A DNA stretch of 63,982 nucleotides, the filler included, from Collodictyon triciliatum (Eukaryota): assembly GCA_043381765.1 (NCBI GenBank). It is 3 parts of 3 records of this genome, joined end to end, with 100 filler letters (N's around TTAATTAATTAA, not from the genome) between each part and the next. Parts side by side here need not be neighbours in the genome. Positions count along the whole stretch, not along the records: positions 1 to 27,502 come from JBHJMP010000994.1; 2 more parts are not named here. One strand, written 5' to 3'. This document shows positions 1 to 10,813 of the stretch, piece after piece. Under the pieces are notes generated by a model. That model did no database searches, had not been told where the DNA came from, and worked only from the letters and a program-made list of their open reading frames with translations. Made by a program: the position numbers and the translations under genes. Within the stretch, counting starts at the first letter, position 1; each line of letters starts with the position of its first letter.

Positions 1-807
1 GGACGTCGTGAGCGCCATTCTCCTTTGTTGTTCAGGACGGCTGTGGTTGGGGTTGCATTCGAGGAGTGAAATATCGTTGCATTTTTCGACGGTGCGAAGT
101 TCCCATCCTTTTGGAAAGCGACTTGTTGCAGGACGAAGGAGCTGTTTCCTTCTCTCGCCTTGATGATACAGAAGCCTTTTGCTCTATCCCAGCAAAGTTG
201 GCCCGTAGCAGCATGAAGTTGGGTAGACTCGCACATTTCACAGTTTTCATACAGAACCTTCCACCGCGCTAGTAGCGGCTCGGACGTGTTTGGCAGCTTT
301 TGAGGATCTTTTCTGTGGATTCTGCCCTTTAGTATTCAAACAGCTCGTGCTTCTGTCGTGTGATGTGATCACAACAAGATCAACATGATGGGCGCTCCAC
401 AGGCTTTTGCTTCTAAGCCACCCTCCGCCGGGATTCTCACACACACGCACAAACACAAAAGAAATATAAGAAATAAAAGAATAACAAAATAACATAAACG
501 GAGTTTGCCTAATGAGTGGATGTCGAACTCGTTGGCTGGTCTGTCCTAAACCGTACAACCTGTGAATGAAGCAGATCGCCGCCCTCCAAGCAGCTCGCAA
601 CACGATCGCTTTGCTCAGCCGCCTCAAACGAATGGGTTTGACTCAACGCGTCACAACCATTCCACTTTATTCATCATTCTGTCGCACACTTTCATTCTTT
701 TACTGTTGCATTAGCCCCACAAAGTAGTTGCCTTTCGTCCTCTTTTCAACGCGTACTCGTGACTTGGCTGTGACGTTTCTGCAAGACTGCAGCTGTAACC
801 AAAATAT

Positions 808-1865
808 GTGCCCTTTGAAACAACTTTTTGCACAGCCTTCAGCCCTTACTCTCCTCCGACACCGGGTCGCTCCTTCATTGTGGCTGGCCTGCTCTTTGTG
901 TTGACTGCAACTTTGCTTGTTCTTCACACATCGTTTTTTGCCTCCTCCAAAGTCCTTACCATCGCCGCAGGATTCGTCGGATCTCTCCTATTCTTGTTCT
1001 CTTTTGTTGTGAGTATTGTCATAAGTTTGATGTTTCTCTTTTTTTTCTTCCTTTTCCTTTTTAATTCTGGCTGATTTGAGTTTTATTGATAAAACTATAC
1101 TTTATGTCGAAGTGAATCATAAGTTTCATGGGGCGAATCGTTTTAAATGGAGACAAGAACTTTACTTATTCAAGGGTTTCCTTTAAACTTTCGGATTTAC
1201 ATATGCTAGGCTGTATCCAACCTGCTTGCTACTGTTTCACGAGGACATGAAAGTGGCTGGACAGAAGGTTTGGATTGTTTACTTTTCTTGTTACAAGCCT
1301 TATTTATTTATTTTTATTTTTATTTTTTATTTATTTATTATACATTTAAGTAATTTTTTTTTTGCTTTATTTCGCATTGTATAAAGCCAAATTTATGGAG
1401 TTATTTTCATTTTTAATCTTTTAGTTTTCTTTTCGCTCATGATTGCGTCCGTATTATCAAGCACCGTTCATGGCGTTTCCTTCACAACTTGGTTGGTCTT
1501 GGATATATCGCTTTGAATGCGAAATGTCCTTTATTGTTCTTTTCCCTTTTCCCTTTTCCCTTTTCTTTTTCTCTTTTCTACTGACCTCCTTTTTCTATAT
1601 GTTTATATATCTTTTCCCTTCCCCTCTTCCCTATCGCCTTCCCTCATTATTCTTCTCCTTTTTTTTTTATTCCTTTTTTCCATATTCAATTCCAATTTTC
1701 AACTTTTTAAATATGAAATAAGCCGATGTTATTAACTAATATGAGCACATATTCCACAGCATCTTTTTCTCTGGGCTCCAACTGCTCTATTTGCAAAAGG
1801 TCTCTAAAGACCTCTACGCTCCTCGTGAATCTGCTGCTGCCATCAAAAAGCCCAAAGCAAAATAA
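808..1865 (+). CDS. KRTCAP2: Keratinocyte-associated protein 2 (KCP2, oligosaccharyltransferase-A accessory subunit), spliced; start codon uncertain (possibly ATG at 632 plus an intron 636-835)
   Basis: Spliced product SFIVAGLLFVLTATLLVLHTSFFASSKVLTIAAGFVGSLLFLFSFV|AVSNLLATVSRGHESGWTE|VFFSLMIASVLSSTVHGVSFTTC|IFFSGLQLLYLQKVSKDLYAPRESAAAIKKPKAK* follows the KCP2 pattern (LTIxGGxxGSxLFxFS...HxVxxTTCxxFS, basic tail). Introns are GT-AG. Confidence 0.8.
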
Positions 1866-2160
1866 ATGGAGTGATGAGAATTAAAATGACAATAAAAACC
1901 AATAATAATAAGAAACCAGCAATAAATAGCAATACTAGAAATAGTGATGTAATATCAGAGACTGGAGTGGGCGCAGAAAAAAAAGTCCCACCCACATAAA
2001 AAGAAAGAAGAGGAAATAAAACCACACCATAATTCTTTTGTGCGGCGCGCGATGGTTCACACAAGAGGCGACTCCACCCAAAGACCAAGCACTCAACAAC
2101 ACTCAATCTTTGGTATATATACTCGCATAGAAGGAACCAAGAGAAACATTCACAACAAAA

Positions 2161-3954
2161 ATGTCTTGGGAAACAAGCCGCAAAGAACTGCAGCGTTTAG
2201 AGTCCGAGTTGGATGCGAAGCTGACGAGCTACGCAAAGTTCAGCACAAGCATCTCAAACTCAACTCTGCTTGGCCCTTCACCATCAACGAAACCGACGGA
2301 GACGCATTCGCAGCAGCGACAGAGAAGCTCGCATGGCACAGAGTTCGACATTGAAGCAAACATCACAGATACAGACATGACTATGCTTTCAGAACACCGC
2401 ATGGCAGATTCCATTCGCTATGACATTGATCAGTTACTCAAGAAGGTCATTTATTTATTTATTTTTAATTAATTTATTTAATATTCTAAACTGTAGAGTA
2501 TTTGGTTTTTTTACCCCGTGAGTGGTATGTAATCTTACTTTGCCCATAATAATGATAAGGATGATAATAATGAAAAAAAAGCTTAAATAAACCTACTGAT
2601 ATCAATATATACTTACTATTTCATCTCAATTTTTTCTGTAATACTCTTTCATAATTATGAATAAAGACAATAATCACTATAGTTTACTTTATGCAATTAA
2701 GTGGACATCCTTGCAAATCATCATTAAAATAGAAATACAGTCATCTATTACCATTTCATGGTCTCCTATCTCCATTTATCCTTTTCATTCAATATCGAGG
2801 CATCTTATTGACTTTATTTGGGCTTCTCGATCTATTGTACTGCTTCTTGTCTGGCAATTGCCAATCGCAGACAGTGGCCGCTGTAGATGAAGCCGCTGGT
2901 TGGATTCATGCCAATCCATCCGCTCCAGTGCTGGCCAGAATGCAGCTACAGCAACACCAAGAAAAACTTCTGGATTACAGACAGCAATACCAGAGAATCA
3001 AAGTAATGTCATGTCTATAAATTATTTTAACAGGAAACTTTTTTTTTTTGCTTATAAATCTTTCGGTTGTACGAATGATGCAATTTTCAGATGTATATTG
3101 TTCTTGAAATATTTATCTCTTATAGAAATCTATCCAGGAATCAAGAGACCACGCCGAGCTACTGAGCTTCGTAAGGGATGATATAAGGTGAAGTACGCAT
3201 AAAGACGGATAAATAAATCCCATATTTGTAGGACACTTTTTGTGCATTCTGATGCATCAGTTGCTCTAATAGCACAACGAAAATTTGGTTGAGTCGATAA
3301 TTATTTCGTATAAGTTTCCTCCCTCTTCTTCATAAAAGGATGAATCATAACCTACTACATTCTTCTTCAGTCGGTGTTTCTCAGCATAATAATATAAAAT
3401 CTTGTCTTATATTTTTTATCGCATATTAGCCACCATAAAAATTCCAGTCGTACGAACCTTCTCCTTCGTGAACGAAGCTCTCTACAAAACACCGACCGTG
3501 CGTTGGATGACAGCCTTGAGTATACGCACAAATCTATAATACAAGCTATCATGTTGTTAAATTAACTTAACTCTCGATATATATATATATATGACACATT
3601 CTATTTTTTTTTGAATTATATATTGAAATACAGACAGGCTCAGGCCGCAAGAGACTCGCTGTCTAACCAGAAACATCATCTCAACAATATTGGCGACAAA
3701 ATGGCTTATCTCACTGGTAAGGTCAAGATGTAATTCGCTTTACAATACAATTTTTCTTTGCATCTCGCCATTTTTAACGATTTGTGTGGACATAATCTTT
3801 TGAGCTTCCCTCCTATCTTCAACCAGGAAATGCAGTCCCCATTGTCAGAGGTTTGCTTGGTGACATCCGAAGAAAAAAAGCTCGCGACCAATACATTCTT
3901 GCGGGTGTTATAGGAGTCTGTATATTTTTGATACTCTTATACACAACACATTGA
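2161..3954 (+). CDS. GOSR1: Golgi Qb-SNARE GOS1/GOSR1, 6 exons
   Basis: N-terminus MSWETSRKELQRLESELDAKLTSYAK, then LQQHQEKLLDYRQQYQRIK, LLLRERSSLQNTDRALDDSLEQAQAARDSLSNQ, and C-terminal IRRKKARDQYILAGVIGVCIFLILLY tail anchor. All introns are GT-AG. Confidence 0.92.
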
Positions 3955-4215
3955 TTTTTTGAAAAAAAATACATAAATTTTGCAAAGAAAACATCATAAC
4001 GCTAAAAAAAATTACTTCGTCCCAATAGTTTGTGACATTATTATTTGATAATTCGAATAACCTGTCTTTTTTTTTTATGCGAGTTTATGTATTTTTCATA
4101 TTGTAAGGCAAAAGAGCTCTGTTGTGTTGGGAGACAGTTTCCTATATGCAACTTTTGTTTTTGTGTGATTATCGTATGCATGCGTTTATGGACTGTTTTG
4201 CAATATGTGTGCCGA

Positions 4216-5681
4216 TTACGCTTTCTTCGCGAGATACTTTCCGATATATCGACCCCTGTTGTTGAAGGTTGCAAACTCTGGCCTTGAGTTAAGTGAATCA
4301 AACGACCTGCAAGAGAAACAAACAGAATTAGGATACGATTAGAGCAAATAATGTTACATTAAAATATTGTTCGAGTCAATTACAATACTAAAAAAAATAA
4401 ATGAAAGGAGTTATAATAGAGGCCACGCGTTTTACACTTGGTGTATTTGAGTATTCGATATGTTGGAATTATGATTATGATTTAATTGTTTTTGAAGAAA
4501 TGGGCATTCGGCAAATACATTTCGGAAATCTTTGCAGTCGACTTGATCATCTTCAGTTGCGAGAGACACGAAAATGAGCCAATGACGCACACGATAAAGC
4601 CCAAAAGTGCCTCAAAAAGAATCTGAAGATATTTAAAGTTTAATTATTGATTGCGACTAAATCTTCAACTAAAGTGAAATGAGAAAAAAAACCGTCAAAC
4701 AAAAGCAGCAATAAAAAAAAAACAACAACAAAAGAAAAAAAGAAACAAACAAAAAGAGAAAGCAAAGAAAACCCAAGATTATGACTCTGAAGAAAAATTG
4801 GCAAATTCACACATGTCTAAAAACAATTAAATCAATAAAAAGCAATATGAATATAGATAACACGGTTGTTTGTGAACTGGGCAAGATTGAATGCTTATGT
4901 GACGAAGAGTGTGAATGGGAGGAAATCAGTTCAGCTTACATCAGTGGGTATTTGAATATCCTCGATCTGAGCCATTCTCTGGAAGCGAACACCTGGTGAT
5001 GGGCGTACAATAAATAACAAGTGAGCTTTTTTTTCTTATTCTAGCAGCAAACGTCCAGTGAGGTTGGATGCGACATTTAGAGAAAGCAACGACATTTTGC
5101 TTACATATTCTTTTCATATGTTGAATCATAAAGCTTATGAAGAAAATGAAGAAAAAAAGCATAAAACAATAAAAGAATAAAAAGAATAAAAAAAGGATAA
5201 AAGAATAAAAAGAATAAAAGAACAAAAGAATAAAAAGGATAAAAAATAAAAAGAATAAAAAAGGGATAAAAAGAATAAAAAAGGGATAAAAAGAATAAAA
5301 AAAGGATAAAAGAATAAAAGAATAAAAGATTAAAAAGAATAAAAAGAATAAAAAGAATAAAAAAGAATAAAAAGGATAAAAGAATAAAAAGAATAAAAAG
5401 AATAAAAAGAATAAAAAGAATAAAAAAGGGATAAAAAGAATAAAAATAAATAAAAAAGAATAAAAAGGATAAAAAGAATAAAAAGGATAAAAAGAATAAA
5501 AGGATAAAAGAATAAAAAGAATAAAAATAAATAAAACAGAATAAGCCATAATAAAAAGAATAAAAAGCATTAAAAGCATAAAATAGAATAAAATAAGAGT
5601 CAAACTCTTCGAAGCCGAGAACACAGAGTGAACAATCAGGAGGAAGCCGAAGGAAAAGACCCACGACGTGTTGGAAGTCAT
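4216..5681 (-). CDS. EMC5: ER membrane complex subunit 5 (EMC5/MMGT1), 4 exons
   Basis: Spliced product MTSNTSWVFSFGFLLIVHSVFSASK..QIPTDILFEALLGFIVCVIG..SFDSLNSRPEFATFNNRGRYI matches the EMC5 hallmarks HxxFSA, PxDIxxExLL and RPxFxxFNxRG. Confidence 0.88.
5160..5595. repeat. Degenerate purine-rich satellite (about AAAAAGAAT / AAAAAGGAT units) inside EMC5 intron 1
   Basis: Tandem 8-11 nt A-rich units are directly visible. A similar shorter tract lies at about 6925-7025 in an intron of the MIT gene. Confidence 0.9.
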
Positions 5682-6070
5682 CGTAGACGCTGTCGCAGAG
5701 ACACGATCCTTCTACATAATATACACAACACATCAGCCTCTCATTTATTTCTTTGATCATTCACCACAACTCGTTCTCATCTTCTCTTTCTTTCTTCCTT
5801 CCTTCCTCTTGTCCCCAAAAACTTTCCGTGTGGTGTGGTTCGAGTATTTTCCTGAGCTGTTTATATGCTTGTGTTTATGTATGTGCGTGGCAAAAGAGCT
5901 GAATTATCAAAAGGAGAGATTGGAAAGGCAGGCCATTGCGCCGAAAGGTGAAAGACAAGACAGAGAGATGATCAACCATCATCCAGAGTTTTGCGTTGCC
6001 CCATCCTCTTTCTTTTTGTTTTCTTTGCCATACTCAAGTCGCGGAGCAAAGTAGCGGAAGGTCTGCCTTA

Positions 6071-8484
6071 TCATGGGTCACCCTGCAGAAATGCTTTGCG
6101 GCGTGTTTCGAGATGACGGAGAAGCATCGATGCAAAGTCATCCATGACAAAGTGGCACACACAATCGTGCAGGAAGCTGCTGATGCGCTCGATTCTCGGC
6201 TGGACTTCGAGGTTTGGGTCAGGATTCACGTCAAAGAACTTGGCCCAGTTGACTGCGTGCATGGTGGATGTCATGATTGGAAGACAAGAAATGACAATAA
6301 TGATGATGATGATTGTTATTTTTTCCCAAGAAGTACACAAAAACTATTTTCCACTCATAGGGACACCCTCAATGCAAGTATATAAACAGACAATCTTATT
6401 CGCTTTCACAATTCCTATCATCTAATCAACACACAAGTGAAAGAATACATATGTGGATGAATGTGCGTTGTACCGAGGAATTGACTGGAGGTGAACAATC
6501 GAGAGACAACATCCACATAGTTTGTGTCCTGTTGAAGCCTCGTGGCCATAAGCGATGTCTGCATCCTGCTTGCTTGCTTTTGCACAAGATGGCCAATCGC
6601 CTGGAGTTTCATCGATAGGCGGGATGATTGGACGGCGTCTTGTTGCTAGAAATATATTTAAAATACAGTAACGTAAACAACAGAAGAAATACATGGAGTG
6701 ACCGGGAGGATTCAGAAAGAAAATAAAGATAAAAATAAAGATTCGAGAATATAAGAAAAGAAGAAGGAAAAACCTTTTTCGGCTCAGGAATCTCATGAAT
6801 AAAGGACAGACTCATGGCAAGTCGATTTTGAACCATAATAAGCTGAATAATTGCATTATCGAGTTCCTGAGACAGAGAGAAAAAATAATTAAGAGACAAC
6901 TGTTAAACTATTTCATAATTAAAAAAACAGAAGAATAAAACAGAAGAATAAAACATAATAAAACATAATAAAAAGAATAAAAAAAGGAAGAATAGAAAAG
7001 AATAAAAGAATAAAAGAATAAAACATATACAAGATATATATCATATAAAAGCATATTAAAATGAATTTTGAGCACATTTTTTTTAAATTGGTTGATTTCA
7101 AAGATGCATCCGTTCGTATGGCATTACCATATGTGAATCAGTTTTTATTTTATAAAAAATAAAGAAGAACCTTCGCCAGAGAAGCGGGGTCTGTTTCAGC
7201 GACATCCATCAACGAAAGCTGCTGAAACATGTCAGACAGAAGAGTGCAAGTATCGATTTTCAGTTGGAGTCCTGTTATTTTGATACCGCTTTGCGACCTT
7301 TTAATTATTCATTTTTTTCAGTGACCTTTCATTATTTATTTTTTTTGGATATGGGTAGCATTATAAAGAGATATATGTCAATTATTTATTTATTTTTTTT
7401 TGTAAAACCTGCAGACTATGTGAATGATTCATTACCAGACAGACTTTGGAACAAATACGGATCTAGAGCTCGTCAGGAACGCACCCTGTGAACATGTTCC
7501 TGTATATATCCCGAAAACTATTAGCGGTTTAAATCATAACAAAAAGGAATATACCACAACTTGCGAGATGAATGAGAGGAATTCAATATTCAGTTGCTCA
7601 TAAGACGTGGTTACCCTCCAAAGTTTTCATCAACCAATATGGTCGGATATGACTGGATGGCTCGGGAGGTATGGCCAACTGGTGGATGCACATATTCAAT
7701 ACGCACATCGGGTTCATATTTGAATAACAATAAGATATTCATCAACTTCATAGCTCAAAATTCAATACTTTACTACAAATGGAAAATATACATCGAGGGC
7801 ACTGCAGATTTCGCCAATATTACAAAGGTAAGAGTCGTGAGTACCCATGGATTGTTGGTTTTAAAAAAAGTATAATGACAAGGAAAAATTCAACATGGTT
7901 ATAAATCAGTCTTCCCTTTCCAAATTTATCTTCGGTGATAAAAAAAACAACAAAAACCAAAAAGAACAAAAATGGGATACATCAAAAAACAAAAATTATG
8001 TCTGAAAAAGGTTCTGCATTTCTTTTATTTTTCTCTGATATATCAAAAAGTTTTTAAATATTAAATGTTAGTTTTATTGAACAAAGATACTCACTCAAGC
8101 GGCTCAATCACCATTAATCGCGACTCATACTCGGCAATCTGGTTATAATTTGTGGTTATTTAACGATGGTATTGACCCTTTTCTTGAAAAAAATGACGAG
8201 TATTCTGGTTTATCTCAATAGATAAATAATTCGCTTAATTCAACAATACAACAATACAAACGATACAAACGATCAAACGTCGCAAAACCAACCTTATTCT
8301 CGAGTTCTTCGCGGCACTTTTCTGGAGCTTGTGGAAGACTCTTTCGGAGGACAGCGATCCCTTTGCGATAGAGCGGGACAGCTTTGTCATAGTGGCCTTC
8401 TTCGTCAAAACTGACCGCGCGAACAATTGTTTGCAGAGCGAGACTTGCTTGCTGCAGTGAAGACGCCGATGCAGAGACGAACAT
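6071..8484 (-). CDS. MIT-domain protein with a conserved uncharacterised C-terminal helical domain; multi-exon, 5' end abuts an N gap
   Basis: MIT helices ALQTIVRAVSFDEEGHYDKAVPLYRKGIAVLRK..LENKIAEYESRL. C-terminal motifs are RPYWLMKTL, GAFLT..VFVPKSVW, YVDVVSRLFTSSQFL and FLHDCVCHFVMDDFASMLLRHL, which resemble (from memory) an uncharacterised fungal/protist MIT family. Confidence 0.75.
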
Positions 8485-8496
8485 GGCAGAGCTGTT

Positions 8497-8957
8497 NNNN
8501 NNNNNNNNNNNNNNNNNNNNNNNNNNNNNNNNNNNNNNNNNNNNNNNNNNNNNNNNNNNNNNNNNNNNNNNNNNNNNNNNNNNNNNNNNNNNNNNNNNNN
8601 NNNNNNNNNNNNNNNNNNNNNNNNNNNNNNNNNNNNNNNNNNNNNNNNNNNNNNNNNNNNNNNNNNNNNNNNNNNNNNNNNNNNNNNNNNNNNNNNNNNN
8701 NNNNNNNNNNNNNNNNNNNNNNNNNNNNNNNNNNNNNNNNNNNNNNNNNNNNNNNNNNNNNNNNNNNNNNNNNNNNNNNNNNNNNNNNNNNNNNNNNNNN
8801 NNNNNNNNNNNNNNNNNNNNNNNNNNNNNNNNNNNNNNNNNNNNNNNNNNNNNNNNNNNNNNNNNNNNNNNNNNNNNNNNNNNNNNNNNNNNNNNNNNNN
8901 NNNNNNNNNNNNNNNNNNNNNNNNNNNNNNNNNNNNNNNNNNNNNNNNNNNNNNNNN
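8497..8957. other. Scaffold gap (Ns)
   Basis: Run of N. Other gaps are at 30586-30661, 56447-56975 and 58079-58665. Confidence 0.99.
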
Positions 8958-9084
8958 ACAAAAAAACAAAAAAAACAAAAAAAAACAAAAAAACAAAAAA
9001 CAAAAAAACCCATAACCTCCAAAGAGCAATAAAAAGTACATACAACACCGCACCCACCAACCACAGCCCACCACCCAGCCACCC

Positions 9085-10365
9085 ATGTCCTCGGCCACTG
9101 CCCCACTGGGCGTCTCTGTGCCCACCCCGATAGCCACACCGGCACCCGCCTACTACGTCTCATACGCGCCACCCACCGGAGCCATCCTCGGAGCCCCTGC
9201 GTTTGCCTCCCATATCACACATTCACACACACATCCACATCCACACCCACCCACACACCAAGCAACCCCACCGAACACTCATGCCTTTCTCAGACGCCCT
9301 GCACCCACAGCCGGCACAATCCTCTACACCCCGGCCCCCCGCAGCGCCACCCCGACGATGCTGCACGCCACCCGCGGGAGCTCTCCGGCCGCCTGCGCCC
9401 CGCCGCCTGCGCCCCACCTGGCCTCGAACCGCTCCCTGCCCCACCACACCGTCCACGCCCTCCACGCAGCAAACCGCCCGCCGGACGCAGACCCCGCCGC
9501 AAACGACGCACCAAAGAACCGCTCCCTGCCCCACCACGTCGTCCACGCCCAAGCGCAAGTGCAACACCCTGCCGCCTCGCCCGAGAGGCTGACAAATCGC
9601 TCCATCACGCCGCAGACCATCGATGCCGCCCGCACCCAACAGCAACAGCAACACCAACAGCAACAGCAACAGCAACACCTGCAGCGGTCGCCATCGAGCC
9701 GGTCGGTCACGCCCGTGGCCAATCGCTCCTACTTTGTGCCTGGCTCATACGTGCACCCAAACGGCGCTTACGCACACCCAACCAACGCTTACGCGCAACC
9801 AAACAGCGCATACGCGCAGCCACGCAGCGTCGCCCCAGTCCTGCGGCAAGGCGCAAAGCCCCCGTCGGAGTCTTCCCGGCTGCAAAAGGCCGAGCAGGAC
9901 GCGGAGGCGGCGCGCATGGAGGCCCGCAAGGCCAATGAGCTTCTGCAGGAGGCCGATGCAGCTCGTCGACGTGCGGAGGCGGAGGCGGCCGATGCAAAGA
10001 GGGAGCTGCACGAGCTGAGGCAGCGGCTGGGCCGCTCGGACTCGGGGCGCTCATACCCGTTTGGGACCGCCAGTGCTGACTCTGATGCTGATGTCAATGC
10101 CAATGCAAATGCCGATGCCGATGCAAATGATATTGCAGCCGCATCCTACTCGTCCTTCATGAACTTCGGCCCAGGCCCGGCCGCCCCCGCCCCGGTCACG
10201 GCGCTGACCTCGTCCGGCGACAACCCCATTGGCAATCCGCGCTTCGCCGACGTGTCCAACGCGTCGAATCCGCCATCGTCCGGCCCAACCAGCGGCTCAC
10301 TTGCCAGCCTCCAGTCTGCCTCCAGCGCAAAGATCAACCCGCTCACCGGGAAGCCGCGCGCTTAG
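9085..10365 (+). CDS. Uncharacterised intronless Pro/Ala/His/Gln-rich disordered protein with a central coiled coil and C-terminal INPLTGKPR (paralog A)
   Basis: 426-aa GC-rich ORF with polyQ, the charged helix SRLQKAEQDAEAARMEARKANELLQEADAARRRAEAEAADAKRELHELRQRL, and motifs shared with the downstream gene. Confidence 0.8.
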   Translation: MSSATAPLGVSVPTPIATPAPAYYVSYAPPTGAILGAPAFASHITHSHTHPHPHPPTHQATPPNTHAFLRRPAPTAGTILYTPAPRSATPTMLHATRGSSPAACAPPPAPHLASNRSLPHHTVHALHAANRPPDADPAANDAPKNRSLPHHVVHAQAQVQHPAASPERLTNRSITPQTIDAARTQQQQQHQQQQQQQHLQRSPSSRSVTPVANRSYFVPGSYVHPNGAYAHPTNAYAQPNSAYAQPRSVAPVLRQGAKPPSESSRLQKAEQDAEAARMEARKANELLQEADAARRRAEAEAADAKRELHELRQRLGRSDSGRSYPFGTASADSDADVNANANADADANDIAAASYSSFMNFGPGPAAPAPVTALTSSGDNPIGNPRFADVSNASNPPSSGPTSGSLASLQSASSAKINPLTGKPRA

Positions 10366-10813
10366 GCCGCCCCGGTCTCCCCTGCCTTCTGACTCCGCCG
10401 CCGCTACTGTCGGAGTTGGCCAGATGCAACCGCCCCAGTGCATCTCGTTGTCGCTCGCATCGGGGATTGAGGCTGCTGCGAGGTGCAAAGTCGGCATAAG
10501 CGTCGTCTGTGTGGACTTTCTCTCTCCTTCTCTCTGGCCCCGGTTTCTTCCTCCTCCTCTCCTCGTCTTTTCTCTCTCTCCTTCTTGTGCTGCCAACCAT
10601 CGCCTGGTTTGCCCGTCCGAATCTCGCTGTGGTACTGGCTGGCTAAATATACTGGCACAAAGGCCGAAAAACACCCCCAACCCAGCCCTTTTCCTTTATT
10701 GGCTTCCTTGCTGATCATCAACAGCGACCAAGGCACGCATGATCGAATCACCGTGCAAAGAATCAAACAAAGCTGCCCTCTCTTATTGACCGCAGCTGCA
10801 GGCTGAGCCGACC

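Noticed and set aside
32..627. Short ORFs at the window start
   Set aside because: No recognisable homology or splice-supported model; likely promoter or UTR sequence.
4941..5760. Long F/L/I/Y-rich ORFs of 246 and 219 aa
   Set aside because: They are translations of the intronic satellite. Only the first 25 codons of the 5681 ORF belong to EMC5.
808..8484. Functional cluster of endomembrane genes (KRTCAP2, GOS1, EMC5, MIT protein)
   Set aside because: They belong to different complexes, lie on mixed strands and share no visible motif, which is consistent with chance in a gene-dense genome.
8215..9172. Long ORFs containing X runs (also 56158-57178 and 58040-58960)
   Set aside because: Artefacts of reading through N gaps and microsatellites.
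9203..10806. Many overlapping alternative-frame and antisense ORFs
   Set aside because: Expected in GC-rich, stop-poor coding DNA, with no independent protein signal.
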